A stretch of 60,287 nt of DNA, the filler included. It is 4 parts of 4 records of this genome, joined end to end, with 100 filler letters (N's around TTAATTAATTAA, not from the genome) between each part and the next. Parts side by side here need not be neighbours in the genome. Positions count along the whole stretch, not along the records: positions 1 to 9,002 come from SRR20825019_1954; 3 more parts are not named here. One strand, 5' to 3'. A program made the translations under genes and the position numbers. The notes below the pieces were generated by a model that saw only the letters and a program-made list of their open reading frames with translations, had not been told where the DNA came from and did not search any database. This document shows, piece by piece, positions 1 to 9,102 of this stretch (its first letter is position 1; every line of letters begins with the position of its first letter).

Positions 1-465
1 GGCGAGATCGACGGCTTCATCGGCCCGCGCTGGCCGCGCTGCTTTGCCGAGGGCCATCCCCATGTCGGCCGCCTGTTCCGCGACAGCATCGGCGCGGCCG
101 AGGAGTATTTCCGCCAGACCCGCATCTTCCCGGTGATGCACGTTCTGGGCGTGCGCCGGACCTTGGTCGAGGAATACCCCTTTCTGCCCGCAGCGCTGCT
201 CAAGGCGTTCTCGGAGTCGAAGAAGCTGGCCGAAGAGGCCTTGAACGACACCTCGGCCACCAAGGTGACGATGCCCTTCGTCGAGGACACGCTGAACCGT
301 GCCCGCGCGCTGATGGGCCCCGATCCCTGGAGCTATGGCGTCGGCGCCAATGCGCATGTGCTCGACAAATTCCTCGACTACCATTTCGCGCAGGGCCTCT
401 CGCCGCGCCGGGTGCAGGTCGACGAGCTGTTCCACCCCTCGACCCTCGAAGCCTACAGCCTGTGA
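1..465 (+). CDS. 4,5-dihydroxyphthalate decarboxylase-like / periplasmic-binding-fold protein, 5'-truncated by window edge
   Basis: Frame 1 is open from base 1: GEIDGFIGPRWPRCFAEGHPHVGRLF...IFPVMHVLGVRR...DPWSYGVGAN...FLDYHFAQGLSPRRVQVDELF. This matches my recollection of the Pht5/OphC family C-terminal half. Confidence 0.7.
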   Translation, partial: GEIDGFIGPRWPRCFAEGHPHVGRLFRDSIGAAEEYFRQTRIFPVMHVLGVRRTLVEEYPFLPAALLKAFSESKKLAEEALNDTSATKVTMPFVEDTLNRARALMGPDPWSYGVGANAHVLDKFLDYHFAQGLSPRRVQVDELFHPSTLEAYSL

Positions 466-478
466 GCAAGGAGGCCCC

Positions 479-922
479 ATGAGCCGTTACCAACCCGGCG
501 ATATCGTCGAGATCCGGCTGGAGCAGGGCCTCGCCTATGCCCAGCTGACCCATGAGCACGAAAGCTACCCGCCCGTCGTGCGCCTGTTCCGGGGGCTGAG
601 CGACAGCCGCCCCTCCGATCTGGAGGCGCATGTCGCGCAGGCTCCGCGCCTGACGGCGATGATCCCGCTGGAACAGGCGCTGGACCGGCTGGGGCTGGCG
701 CATGAAAAGGCGGGCAGCGCCGCGCTGCCCGAGGACGAGCGCAAGTTCCCCACCTTCCGCATGCCGATCCGCGACAAGCAGGGCGAGATTGTCTATTGGT
801 GGTTCTGGGACGGGCAAGGGCTGAGCTATTCGGTCGAGCTGGACGCGATCCAGGACAGCCTGCCGCTGCGCGAGGTGATGTCCTCAGCCAGGTTGCTGCA
901 GGAATTGCAGGCCCCGGCCTGA
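479..922 (+). CDS. hypothetical protein, Imm26-like N-terminus (147 aa)
   Basis: AGGAGG RBS at 469-474, ATG at 479. PGDIVEIRLEQGLAYAQLTH resembles the GD(I/V)xEI...AYxQ start of Imm26-like proteins. Confidence 0.55.
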   Translation: MSRYQPGDIVEIRLEQGLAYAQLTHEHESYPPVVRLFRGLSDSRPSDLEAHVAQAPRLTAMIPLEQALDRLGLAHEKAGSAALPEDERKFPTFRMPIRDKQGEIVYWWFWDGQGLSYSVELDAIQDSLPLREVMSSARLLQELQAPA

Positions 923-944
923 GCACGAAACACGACAGGTCCCC

Positions 945-1913
945 ATGATCCCCTTTATCGGCGAGATCTTCGCCATCCTCGCCGCCTTTTGCTATGCCTT
1001 CGGCTCGGTCGCCGCGACCAAGAACGCGCGCGAAAAGGGCGGGCGGGGCAATGCCGTGCTGCTGTCGATCGTGTTGACGGCGCTGTTCTCGGGCGGGTTG
1101 TGGCTGATCATGGGGCCGTCGCTGCCGCCGATTGACACAGGCTTCTGGATCGGCGTGGCGATCTTCGTCGTCGCCGGCATGCTGGCCACGGTGCTGGGGC
1201 GGATCTTCTTCTTCCGCTCCATCGAGCTGGCCGGCGCCATCGAGACCGGGCTCATCCGCCGGCTGATCCCGGTGTTCGCCGCCGTGCTGGCGATCCTGTT
1301 CCTGGGCGAGAGCCTGACCATCGCCAGCGCGCTGGCCTTCGTGCTGGTCTTCGCCGCCGTGGCGCTGGTGGTGTTGTCGAACAGGGGCCAGATCGTCGCC
1401 GATGACGAGGACGCCCGGCGAGCGGCCGGCGAGCGCAACACCGGCCGTGTCCTGGCGCTGATGTCGGCGGCGAGCTATGGCGGATCCTACGTGGCGCGCA
1501 AGTTCGCCATGCGCTGGCTGCCCGATCCGCTGATCGGCGCCTTCATTGGCGCGGTAGCCGCCTTCGTGTGGTTCGCCGTCGCAGCCCTGTTCAGCGCCGC
1601 CTATCGCCGCCACCTGAGCGAACTGTTCCGCCGCCCGACCGGCTGGCAGCTGGTGGCGGCCGCCTTCGTATCGCTGGGCCAGACCGCGCAATTCGTGGCG
1701 CTCAGTTTCACTACCGTCACCGCCGTGGCGATCATCGGCACGATCGAGATGTTCCTCGCGGCCTGGCTGGCCGCCTGGGTCCTGCGCACCGAGGATCGCC
1801 CCGGCCCGATCTTCGCGCTGGCTTCGCTGATGGCGATGGCAGGCGTGATCGTGCTGGCGCTGGTGCGCACCAGAAATAACACAAGAATTCCGAAACGGGA
1901 GAGAGACAGATGA
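945..1913 (+). CDS. DMT/EamA-family transporter
   Basis: 322 aa with about ten hydrophobic segments in two EamA-like halves (PVFAAVLAILFLGE motif). Confidence 0.85.
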   Translation: MIPFIGEIFAILAAFCYAFGSVAATKNAREKGGRGNAVLLSIVLTALFSGGLWLIMGPSLPPIDTGFWIGVAIFVVAGMLATVLGRIFFFRSIELAGAIETGLIRRLIPVFAAVLAILFLGESLTIASALAFVLVFAAVALVVLSNRGQIVADDEDARRAAGERNTGRVLALMSAASYGGSYVARKFAMRWLPDPLIGAFIGAVAAFVWFAVAALFSAAYRRHLSELFRRPTGWQLVAAAFVSLGQTAQFVALSFTTVTAVAIIGTIEMFLAAWLAAWVLRTEDRPGPIFALASLMAMAGVIVLALVRTRNNTRIPKRERDR

Positions 1914-3670
1914 CCAGGGAAACCGACCGCCCCACACCCTGCGAGGTGAAGACGCTCTACGGCAGCGACGCCATCGCCGAGATGCTGCGCCGGCTCGACA
2001 CGCCCTACGTCGCGCTCAACCCCGGCTCGAGCTTCCGGGGCCTTCATGACAGCATGGTCAACTACCTCGGCAACCAGGATCCGCACATGCTGCTGTGCCT
2101 GCATGAGGAACACGCGGTTTCCATCGCCCATGGCTGGGCCAAGATCACCGGCAAGCCGATGACCGTGGTGCTGCACGCGAATGTGGGCCTGATGCACGCC
2201 GCGATGGCCATCTACAACGCCTGGTGCGACCGCGTGCCGATGCTGATCCTCGGCGCGACCGGCCCGGTCGACGCGGCCAAGCGTCGGCCCTGGATCGACT
2301 GGCTGCATACCTCGCGCGATCAGGCGGCGGTGGTGCGGCCCTATGTGAAATGGGATGATCAACCGGCGTCGCTGGCCGCCTCGCTGTCGTCGCTGATGCG
2401 GGCGATGCAGATTACCACCTCGGCCCCGATGGCGCCCACCTATGTCTGCTTCGACGTGACGGTGCAGGAAACCGCCATCGAAGCCATGCCCGCGCTGCCC
2501 GATCCCGCGCGTTTCGCAGCCCCTCAGGCCCCGGGTGCGAGTGCCGCGCAGGTCTCGGCCCTGGCCGACATGCTGGCCGAGGCGCAATCGCCGGTGATCC
2601 TGATGGGCCGCGTCTCGCGCGATGAAGGGGACTGGGCGCGGCGCGTGGCGCTGGCCGAGTATTTCGGCGCCCGCGTCATCACCGACATCAAGACCGGCGC
2701 CGCCTTCCCGACGCGCCACAAACTGCACGCGGGCGCGCCCGGGTTCTTCCTGTCGGCTGAATCGGTCGAGGCGCTGTCGGGCGCGGATCTGGTGCTGTGC
2801 CTCGATTGGGTGGACCCGGCCGGCACGCTGGCGCAGGGCAAGCTGGGCGCCGGGGCCAAGGTGGTCAACGCCACGCTCGAGCCGATGCTGACGAACGGCT
2901 GGTCGATGGATCATCAGGACGTGGTGGCGAGCGATCTCACCATCCTGACCGAGGCCGATGCGCTGGTCGCGGCGCTGTGCGAACGGCTGGGGCTGGAACC
3001 CGCCGCACCCGCGCCCCGCACGGCACCCGCGCCGCACGGGCAGGAGCCCGATGCCGTGCTGTCGCTCGACGCGCTCTCGCATGTGCTGCGCGCGGGGCTG
3101 GCCGAGGATCCGCACACGCTGGTGCGTCTGCCCCTGGGTTGGGACGGTCGCCATTGCGATTTCACCGGGCCGCTCGATTATCTGGGCTATGACGGCGGCG
3201 CAGGCATCAGCTCGGGCCCCGGCATGGTCGTGGGCGCGGCGCTGGCACTGAAGGACACGGGCCGCATGCCGGTCGCGGTTTTGGGCGACGGCGATTTCAT
3301 CATGGGCGCGACCGCGCTGTGGACCGGGACGCATCAGAGCGTGCCGATGCTGATCGTGGTGGCCAACAACCGCTCGTTCTTCAACGACGAGATCCACCAG
3401 GAACGCGTCGCCCGCGACCGCGACCGCCCGGTCGAGAACAAGCATATCGGCCAGGCGATCGACGAGCCGGATATCGACATCGCCGGCCTCGCGCGGGCGC
3501 AGGGCGCGGTGGGCATCGGCCCGGTCGCGACGGTGGCCGCCTTCGAGGCCGCGCTGGCCGATGCCGTGGCGCAGGTGCGCGCGGGCAAGTCGGTGGTGAT
3601 CGACGCCCGCATCCTGCGCGGCTACGTCAAGGAGATGGCCGAAGGCATGACCGCGGAACAGGACGGCTGA
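1910..3670 (+). CDS. thiamine-pyrophosphate-dependent enzyme (acetolactate synthase / benzoylformate decarboxylase-like)
   Basis: NPGSSFRGLHDS, LHEEHAV catalytic Glu and GDGDF...NN TPP motif; ATGA overlap with the upstream gene. Confidence 0.9.
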   Translation: MTRETDRPTPCEVKTLYGSDAIAEMLRRLDTPYVALNPGSSFRGLHDSMVNYLGNQDPHMLLCLHEEHAVSIAHGWAKITGKPMTVVLHANVGLMHAAMAIYNAWCDRVPMLILGATGPVDAAKRRPWIDWLHTSRDQAAVVRPYVKWDDQPASLAASLSSLMRAMQITTSAPMAPTYVCFDVTVQETAIEAMPALPDPARFAAPQAPGASAAQVSALADMLAEAQSPVILMGRVSRDEGDWARRVALAEYFGARVITDIKTGAAFPTRHKLHAGAPGFFLSAESVEALSGADLVLCLDWVDPAGTLAQGKLGAGAKVVNATLEPMLTNGWSMDHQDVVASDLTILTEADALVAALCERLGLEPAAPAPRTAPAPHGQEPDAVLSLDALSHVLRAGLAEDPHTLVRLPLGWDGRHCDFTGPLDYLGYDGGAGISSGPGMVVGAALALKDTGRMPVAVLGDGDFIMGATALWTGTHQSVPMLIVVANNRSFFNDEIHQERVARDRDRPVENKHIGQAIDEPDIDIAGLARAQGAVGIGPVATVAAFEAALADAVAQVRAGKSVVIDARILRGYVKEMAEGMTAEQDG

Positions 3671-3841
3671 ACAGAATGGCTATGCGGGGCGTCGTGGATG
3701 GGCAACGGGTGACACGAAACGGTTGAAAAGACATCTAACCCTTGCGTCCTGCACGGGAAATCAGCACAAATGGAAGCGACCCGTCGCCGGCATCGCGCTG
3801 GCGACGGGGCTTTCGTTTCTGGCCGATTGAGACCGTTCCAC

Positions 3842-4363
3842 ATGGATGAAACCGCGCCCTCGGGGCATGAAGACTTCGATCCCAAGCTGACCGAAGAGCG
3901 CCTCGCGCGTCTCGTTCGTCTCGCCGCCAGGGCTTTCAACCGTTCGCTGCAGATGCGCCTTCAGGACGAGGGGATCACCTTCGGCCAATGGATCTTCCTG
4001 CGCATCCTTTGGTACAATGACGGGTTGTCGCAGCGCGAGCTGAGCCAGCGCGCGCATCTGACCGAACCCACCGCGCATGCCGCGCTGACCAAGCTGGAGA
4101 AGCAGGGCGTGATCACGCGGCAGAAGATGGACGGCAACAAGCGGACTTTGCGGATATTCCTGACGCCCAAGGGCTGGGAATTGCGCGACCGGCTGGAGCC
4201 GATGGCGCATGACGTCAACCTGATCTCGCTGAAGGGGCTGGAGGAGGACGAGGTGCGCGTGCTGCGCAAGGGTCTCCTGGCGATCATCACGAATCTCGAG
4301 GCCGATGAGAACGCCGCCGCCGAGCAGGGGATCAAGGTGCCCGCGACCCGGTCGAGCTTCTGA
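3842..4363 (+). CDS. MarR-family transcriptional regulator
   Basis: ITFGQWIFLRIL...LSQRELSQR...LEKQGVITR...KRTLRIFLTPKG winged HTH. Start could be 3770 or 3842. Confidence 0.85.
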   Translation: MDETAPSGHEDFDPKLTEERLARLVRLAARAFNRSLQMRLQDEGITFGQWIFLRILWYNDGLSQRELSQRAHLTEPTAHAALTKLEKQGVITRQKMDGNKRTLRIFLTPKGWELRDRLEPMAHDVNLISLKGLEEDEVRVLRKGLLAIITNLEADENAAAEQGIKVPATRSSF

Positions 4364-4399
4364 CCGGGTCGCAGGCGGGTTGGTGGGGCAGGGCGCCGT

Positions 4400-5023
4400 T
4401 CAGGCGCCCGCCATCTCGCGCATCAGCGCCGCGTCGAGCGAGACCACGTCGGCATATTTCGCCTGCAGGTCCAGCAGGCTCTGCTCATGTGCGGGCTGGC
4501 TGCGGTCGCCCACCGCCTCGCGCACGACGATCGGACGGAAGCCGTTCTGCAGCGAGTCCACCGCCGTCGCGCGCACGCAGCCCGAGGTCGTGCACCCGGT
4601 GATCACGAGCGTGTCGACACCCTCGGCCACCAGCCGGCTCGACAGGTCGGTGCCGAAGAAGGACGAGGCGTATTTCTTCACCAGCGTGCGTTCTCCGGCC
4701 GCGAGGCTCAGCCTCGGGTCCAGCTCGGCCCCATCGCCGCTGGCGGCCAGAGTCTTCAGCCCGCCCTGTTTCAGTGGCCAGATCCCGGCGTCAGACAGAT
4801 CCGGCTCGTCGTAGCGCACGGTGGTGAAGAACACCGGCTCGCGGCGGGCCGCGAAATCGGCGATCAGTGCGTTGATCGCCACGATCTGCGACGACAGGTC
4901 CGCGCCCAGCGGCAGGTCGGGATTGGTGAAACCCTTGATGACATCGATCACCACCAGCGCCGAGCGGCGGCCGAAACCGATGGTCTGCCCGAATCCACGG
5001 GCCTTGAAGGCTTGTTCGTCCAT
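4400..5023 (-). CDS. isochorismatase-family cysteine amidohydrolase (maleamate amidohydrolase / N-carbamoylsarcosine amidase-like)
   Basis: ALVVID, KKYASSFFGT and GCTTSGCVRATAVD supply the Asp-Lys-Cys triad; LQAKYADV C-terminus. Confidence 0.88.
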   Translation of the reverse strand: MDEQAFKARGFGQTIGFGRRSALVVIDVIKGFTNPDLPLGADLSSQIVAINALIADFAARREPVFFTTVRYDEPDLSDAGIWPLKQGGLKTLAASGDGAELDPRLSLAAGERTLVKKYASSFFGTDLSSRLVAEGVDTLVITGCTTSGCVRATAVDSLQNGFRPIVVREAVGDRSQPAHEQSLLDLQAKYADVVSLDAALMREMAGA

Positions 5024-5033
5024 GAAGTTTCTC

Positions 5034-5861
5034 TCAGTTTGGATCCCGGAAGCCCAGGGATCGGGATATGGAATGGGCATAGAGGCGGTTGAGCCGCCCG
5101 GTATCCTCGCGCCGGCCGTCGCGGCTGCCGTCACGGTCGTAGATCGTGCTGAGCACGCCCACCGGCGCACCGGTCTCGTCGCGGAAGGCGCATGCTGTGC
5201 CCTCGATATTCTCCAGCCCGCTGCCGAGGTTCTCGGCGTAACCCAGGTCGCGGGCGGCGGTGACGTGCTCGGCCAGACCCTCGTAGGTCAGGCCGCTGTC
5301 TTCCAGGTGGCGGCTGATCTCATCGCGGCGCGAGGTCAGCTCGACCTCGGGCTTGGCGGCGATATAGGCGATCTGGAAGGCCACGAAATCGGACCAGCCG
5401 TTGATGATTCGCCAGATCGGCACGCGGGTGCCCGTGGGCCAAAGCCTGCGCATGGGATGGGCGATCGGCGTACCGATCCGATCATAGAGAATCAGTTCCT
5501 GGCTTTCCTCGGCTGCCAAAGTGATGTGCACGAGGCAGTTCGCCTTGAGCGCGAGCCCGTCCGCGTCGTTCAGCGCAACTTGCCCCGCGCGCGAGTGCAG
5601 CCAGACCTCGTAGCCCATCTCCCAGTAGCGCAGCGAAGGGCTGTAGCGGGACTTGGCGTTCTTGTGAACGAATCCATACGCCGCAAGGGTTTGCAACAGG
5701 CGGTGCACGTTGCTCTTGGTCATGCCGAGAGCCGCCGACAGGTCGCTGATGCCCGCCGGCGCCTCGCAGGTTGCCAGGTGCCGCAACAGGATCAGCCCCT
5801 TCGAGAAGGACTTGTCAAGACCTGCCTTATTGTAGGGCAGATCGGGGCTTTCGTCGGTCAT
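5034..5861 (-). CDS. IclR-family transcriptional regulator
   Basis: SFSKGLILLRHL...GISDLSAALGMTKSNVHRLLQTL HTH followed by a GAF-like effector domain (RDLGYAEN). Confidence 0.85.
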   Translation of the reverse strand: MTDESPDLPYNKAGLDKSFSKGLILLRHLATCEAPAGISDLSAALGMTKSNVHRLLQTLAAYGFVHKNAKSRYSPSLRYWEMGYEVWLHSRAGQVALNDADGLALKANCLVHITLAAEESQELILYDRIGTPIAHPMRRLWPTGTRVPIWRIINGWSDFVAFQIAYIAAKPEVELTSRRDEISRHLEDSGLTYEGLAEHVTAARDLGYAENLGSGLENIEGTACAFRDETGAPVGVLSTIYDRDGSRDGRREDTGRLNRLYAHSISRSLGFRDPN

Positions 5862-5923
5862 GCTGCACGCCTCACTCGACGGAAAGAAATGTGAAAGACT
5901 ATTCTCTAATTCCGGTACGCATT

Positions 5924-5938
5924 TTCTACAATATAGAA
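5924..5938. promoter_or_regulatory. candidate IclR operator (imperfect palindrome TTCTA-caata-TAGAA)
   Basis: 15-bp palindrome in the AT-rich gap between divergent iclR and the dctP remnant. Confidence 0.5.
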
Positions 5939-5952
5939 CACTGGAGGCCAAT

Positions 5953-6142
5953 ACGATCCGCCATACCGGAAAGCCCCTTCTCACCACCGCGCTTTCTTCC
6001 GCGCTGTTCGCAGGTGGCTTCACCGGCCCCGCGCTGGCGCAGGAGCTGAGCCAAGGGCATCTCAACATCATCGGGCTCAGCCAGCTTCATGCCGCTCTAT
6101 GCCGAGCGGGATATGCCGTTCTGGACCCAGACCCTGGCCGAG
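5953..6142 (+). pseudogene. TRAP substrate-binding protein (DctP-like) 5' remnant
   Basis: GGAGG RBS at 5943, then ACG where ATG is expected, then a signal peptide ...PALAQELSQGHLNII. An extra G at 6073-6075 shifts the frame into GSASFMPLYAERDMPFWTQTLAE, after which the similarity stops. Confidence 0.65.
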
Positions 6143-6204
6143 GTGTTCTCTGTGACCTCGAACTGAACGGGGCGTTGGGTCTTGCTCTGGATGACGGAGA
6201 CGCG
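6143..6204 (-). pseudogene. tyrosine recombinase (phage integrase family) fragment
   Basis: Minus strand reads RVSVIQSKTQRPVQFEVTENT, matching my recollection of the catalytic-Lys region (QxKTxRPVQFE) of small alphaproteobacterial integrases. Confidence 0.6.
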
Positions 6205-6305
6205 CACGCAACCGCCGTTGACACCGTGAACCTTGATCGCCTCATTGTCCGTCTCCTGGTTGGGGCGGACTCTACCTCAAACTGGAGGAAGAAGTGGGGC
6301 TCAGG

Positions 6306-7649
6306 TCAGAAGGAGCGATGCTTACGTAGACAGCATTTAAAACCCCACTGCATCATCCTATCCGGAAGATATGTGGCCAACGCCGGGAACAGGATCAGGA
6401 TCCCCACCAGCAGGATCATCGCCACCCAGAACGGCAACACGCCGAGGAAGATTTCAGCCAGCGGCACCCGGGGCGCGATGGATCGGACGATGAACACATT
6501 GACCCCGACCGGTGGCGAGATCATCGCCATTTCCAGCACGATGACGATGATGACGCCGTACCAGATCGGATCGAAGCCCAGCCCGATGACGATGGGGTAG
6601 AGGATCGGCATGGTCAGCACGATCATCGACAGCCCCTCAAGGAAGCAGCCCAGCACCAGATAGCACAGCAGGATCAGCACCAGCGTGGTGATCGGCCCGG
6701 CGGTGACCCCGGCCAGCCATTCGCCCACCACATGCGGCACGCCGGTGAGCGAGATGAACGGGTTCAGGATATAGGCCGAGATCAGGATCAGCATCACCGT
6801 CGCCGTGGTCCGGCCGCTGCCGAGGATCGCCCGCCAGAGCCCCGCCAGCGTCAGGCGGCGCAGCGCGAAGCCCAGCACGATGGCCAGTCCCGCGCCGACG
6901 GCCGAGGATTCGATGGGCGAGAAGATACCGGTGTAAATCCCGCCGATGGAGACGAGGATGATCGCCAGGATCGGCAGGGCGCCGAGGGTCGCGCGGGCCT
7001 TCTCGGTCCAGTTGGTGCGCGGGCCGCGGGGCCCCCAGCTGGGGAAGATCGTGCACAGAAGCGTCACGGTGCCGACGAACAGCAGCGCCAGCAGGATCCC
7101 GGGCACCACCCCCGCCAGGAACAGGCGGCCGATGCTCTGCTGGGTCAGGATCGCGTAGAGCACGAAGCCGGTCGAGGGCGGGATCAGAATCCCCAGCGTG
7201 CCGCCCGCGGCGACCACGCCGGTCGACAGGCGCGGGGAATAGCCGAAGCGGTCCATCTCGCCGATCGACACCTTGCCCATGGTCAGCGCCGAGGCGATCG
7301 ACGAGCCGGACAGCGCCGCAAACCCGGCGCAGCCGACGATGGTGGCCGAGGCAAGCCCGCCCCTTAGCCGCCCGATCCAGGCGTAGGCCGCGTCGTAGAG
7401 AGAACTGCTCATCCCGGCCTGTGTCGCAACATTGCCCATCAGGATGAACAGCGGCACCACGATCAGCTCATAGGAGGTGGCGACGGTGAAGCTCTCGGTG
7501 GCCAGCATGCTCAGCGCCGGGTTCAACCCGTTCAGCGCCGCGGTTCCGGCCAGACCCACGGCCAGCATGGCAAAGGCGATGGGGACGCGGATCGCCATCA
7601 GCACGAAGAGGGCGAGGATCCCCAGCCCCCCGATCATTGCGGGTGTCAC
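6306..7649 (-). CDS. dctM: TRAP transporter large permease (DctM)
   Basis: GTG start overlaps the dctQ stop. VPLFILMG, SGSSIAS, GTLGILIPPS and ISPPVGVN motifs. The C-terminus runs about 14 aa past the usual end (QWGFKCCLRKHRSF). Confidence 0.88.
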   Translation of the reverse strand: MTPAMIGGLGILALFVLMAIRVPIAFAMLAVGLAGTAALNGLNPALSMLATESFTVATSYELIVVPLFILMGNVATQAGMSSSLYDAAYAWIGRLRGGLASATIVGCAGFAALSGSSIASALTMGKVSIGEMDRFGYSPRLSTGVVAAGGTLGILIPPSTGFVLYAILTQQSIGRLFLAGVVPGILLALLFVGTVTLLCTIFPSWGPRGPRTNWTEKARATLGALPILAIILVSIGGIYTGIFSPIESSAVGAGLAIVLGFALRRLTLAGLWRAILGSGRTTATVMLILISAYILNPFISLTGVPHVVGEWLAGVTAGPITTLVLILLCYLVLGCFLEGLSMIVLTMPILYPIVIGLGFDPIWYGVIIVIVLEMAMISPPVGVNVFIVRSIAPRVPLAEIFLGVLPFWVAMILLVGILILFPALATYLPDRMMQWGFKCCLRKHRSF

Positions 7650-8155
7650 GTTGCGGGCTCCTGCTGCGCGGCGGGGGATTGGGCCCGACCCAACGCGATT
7701 TCGATCAGGTGCAGCACCATCGACAGCGCGACGATGCCCGAGGCCAGGGTGATGGCGATCTGGAACGGCGCCTTGGGGATGCGCAGCACATTGGTGCCGA
7801 GGTTCAGCATCCGCGAAATCTGCGCCGCCTCCCAGCATTTCCAGCCGATCAGCACGAAAAGCGCGGCCCCCAGCGCCGTGGCGATCAGGTCGAAGACGCG
7901 GTTCAGGGCGGGCGGGAACAGGGTTTCCAGCAGATCCAGCCGCACATTGCCCGCGGTGCGTTCGCACAGCGGCACACAGCCGAAGACGATGACCACGAAG
8001 CACATCTGCACGATGTCGGGCGAGCCGGACAGCGGATGCCCGAAGGCCCGGGCGATCACGTCATATAGCACGACGCCGAGGCCTGCGGCCAATCCCAGGC
8101 CGCCGACCCAGGCCGAGAGGGTGACCAGAAGGTCGACCCCCTGACGCGCCACCAC
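7646..8155 (-). CDS. dctQ: TRAP transporter small permease (DctQ), start probably lost
   Basis: Four TM segments, DVIARAFGHPLSG and GNVRLDLL motifs. The only available start lies at the junction with a nuclease remnant and has no RBS. Confidence 0.75.
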   Translation of the reverse strand: MVARQGVDLLVTLSAWVGGLGLAAGLGVVLYDVIARAFGHPLSGSPDIVQMCFVVIVFGCVPLCERTAGNVRLDLLETLFPPALNRVFDLIATALGAALFVLIGWKCWEAAQISRMLNLGTNVLRIPKAPFQIAITLASGIVALSMVLHLIEIALGRAQSPAAQQEPAT

Positions 8156-8340
8156 CAGATGTCAGCATCCACCTGCGCGATCACATCACGTACGCGCTGG
8201 AAGTCCGCCTCACTTCGCGGTCGGCATCCACGATCGGTATCAGCGACCAGATGCTCGATGTTCCAGCTTGCGATCCGTAGCGTCTCTGCATGTGCAAGTA
8301 GCGGAGCGATCAGAAGCGTGATGAGCAAAAGAAATCGCAT
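8156..8340 (-). pseudogene. endonuclease/exonuclease/phosphatase (EEP) family 5' fragment
   Basis: Signal peptide followed by TLRIASWNIEHL...IAQVDADI, the first EEP motif. Truncated just before the expected ALQE motif, where it abuts dctQ. Confidence 0.7.
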
Positions 8341-8482
8341 GAACTTTCCCGTTGAGGCCTGAGAGGCAACAGATTTCCTAGCCTCGATCCGCAACGGGCA
8401 TCCGGGTAGCGCAAGACGGGCAAACTGCAGACATGTTACCGGAAAAACCGCGCCCGGGCCAGACTTTACCGGATTTCAGACG

Positions 8483-8761
8483 CTATTCGAGAGCGTGCTG
8501 GAACTGTCCGTACTGCTCGACCACCTCACGCGCCTCGACAAAGGCGCGCGCGCGTTCCTCGTCAAGGCAGCGGAAATAAGTCTGGACCTCGGCGATGTAG
8601 GTCTCGAAGTCCGCGCGCAGCAGATCGGCGTAGCGGCGCATGTCCTCGCGTGATTGCGGCAGGAAGGGGCGTTCGGGTGCGAGACAGGGTGCAGCCACAG
8701 CGGCTTGCGCTGGTGTCGCCACGATCATCAGCGCAAGAATAGCGTTGCGTGCACATGACAT
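8483..8761 (-). CDS. small exported hypothetical protein
   Basis: 92 aa with signal-like N-terminus and CLAPERPF...YFRCLDEER. Plausible codon usage; function unknown. Confidence 0.6.
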   Translation of the reverse strand: MSCARNAILALMIVATPAQAAVAAPCLAPERPFLPQSREDMRRYADLLRADFETYIAEVQTYFRCLDEERARAFVEAREVVEQYGQFQHALE

Positions 8762-8954
8762 GTGCAGGGCAAAACTCCTTTTGCGCCTTTAATGTTGCAA
8801 TCTCGTCCTGTAGCACCGTTATCAGAGCAAGGCGATTTTCGTCAAGTCGTTATTATTGTCTTGCTATCGTTCATGTTGTCTCGTATCGACCGCGGTGTTG
8901 CGACCCCGCGGGCCGATGCTGCACCCCAGGCAGGAAAGGACCCAAGGGAAGGCC

Positions 8955-9002
8955 ATGATAGAAGAAGCACCGAATGTGGTTACAGAAGACGGGCTGCGCG
9001 GC
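8955..9002 (+). CDS. hypothetical protein start, cut by contig end
   Basis: Purine-rich RBS (AGGGAAGG) then MIEEAPNVVTEDGLRG. Confidence 0.4.
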
Positions 9003-9102
9003 NNNNNNNNNNNNNNNNNNNNNNNNNNNNNNNNNNNNNNNNNNNNTTAATTAATTAANNNNNNNNNNNNNNNNNNNNNNNNNNNNNNNNNNNNNNNNNN
9101 NN
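9003..9102. other. artificial contig spacer (44N-TTAATTAATTAA-44N)
   Basis: Identical 100-nt block with stop codons in all six frames occurs three times. Confidence 0.98.

Noticed and set aside
453-3445. Long antisense ORFs (494 and 614 aa) and similar shadows in contigs B and D
   Set aside because: These are antisense shadows of high-GC3 genes that have clear family motifs on the other strand.
5860-6600. 246-aa ORF as a real gene
   Set aside because: It is a patchwork of promoter DNA, the dctP remnant, antisense integrase and antisense dctM.
9047-9058. TTAATTAATTAA repeated three times as a biological repeat or target-site duplication
   Set aside because: It is always centred in 44+44 Ns and is a six-frame stop linker used to concatenate contigs.
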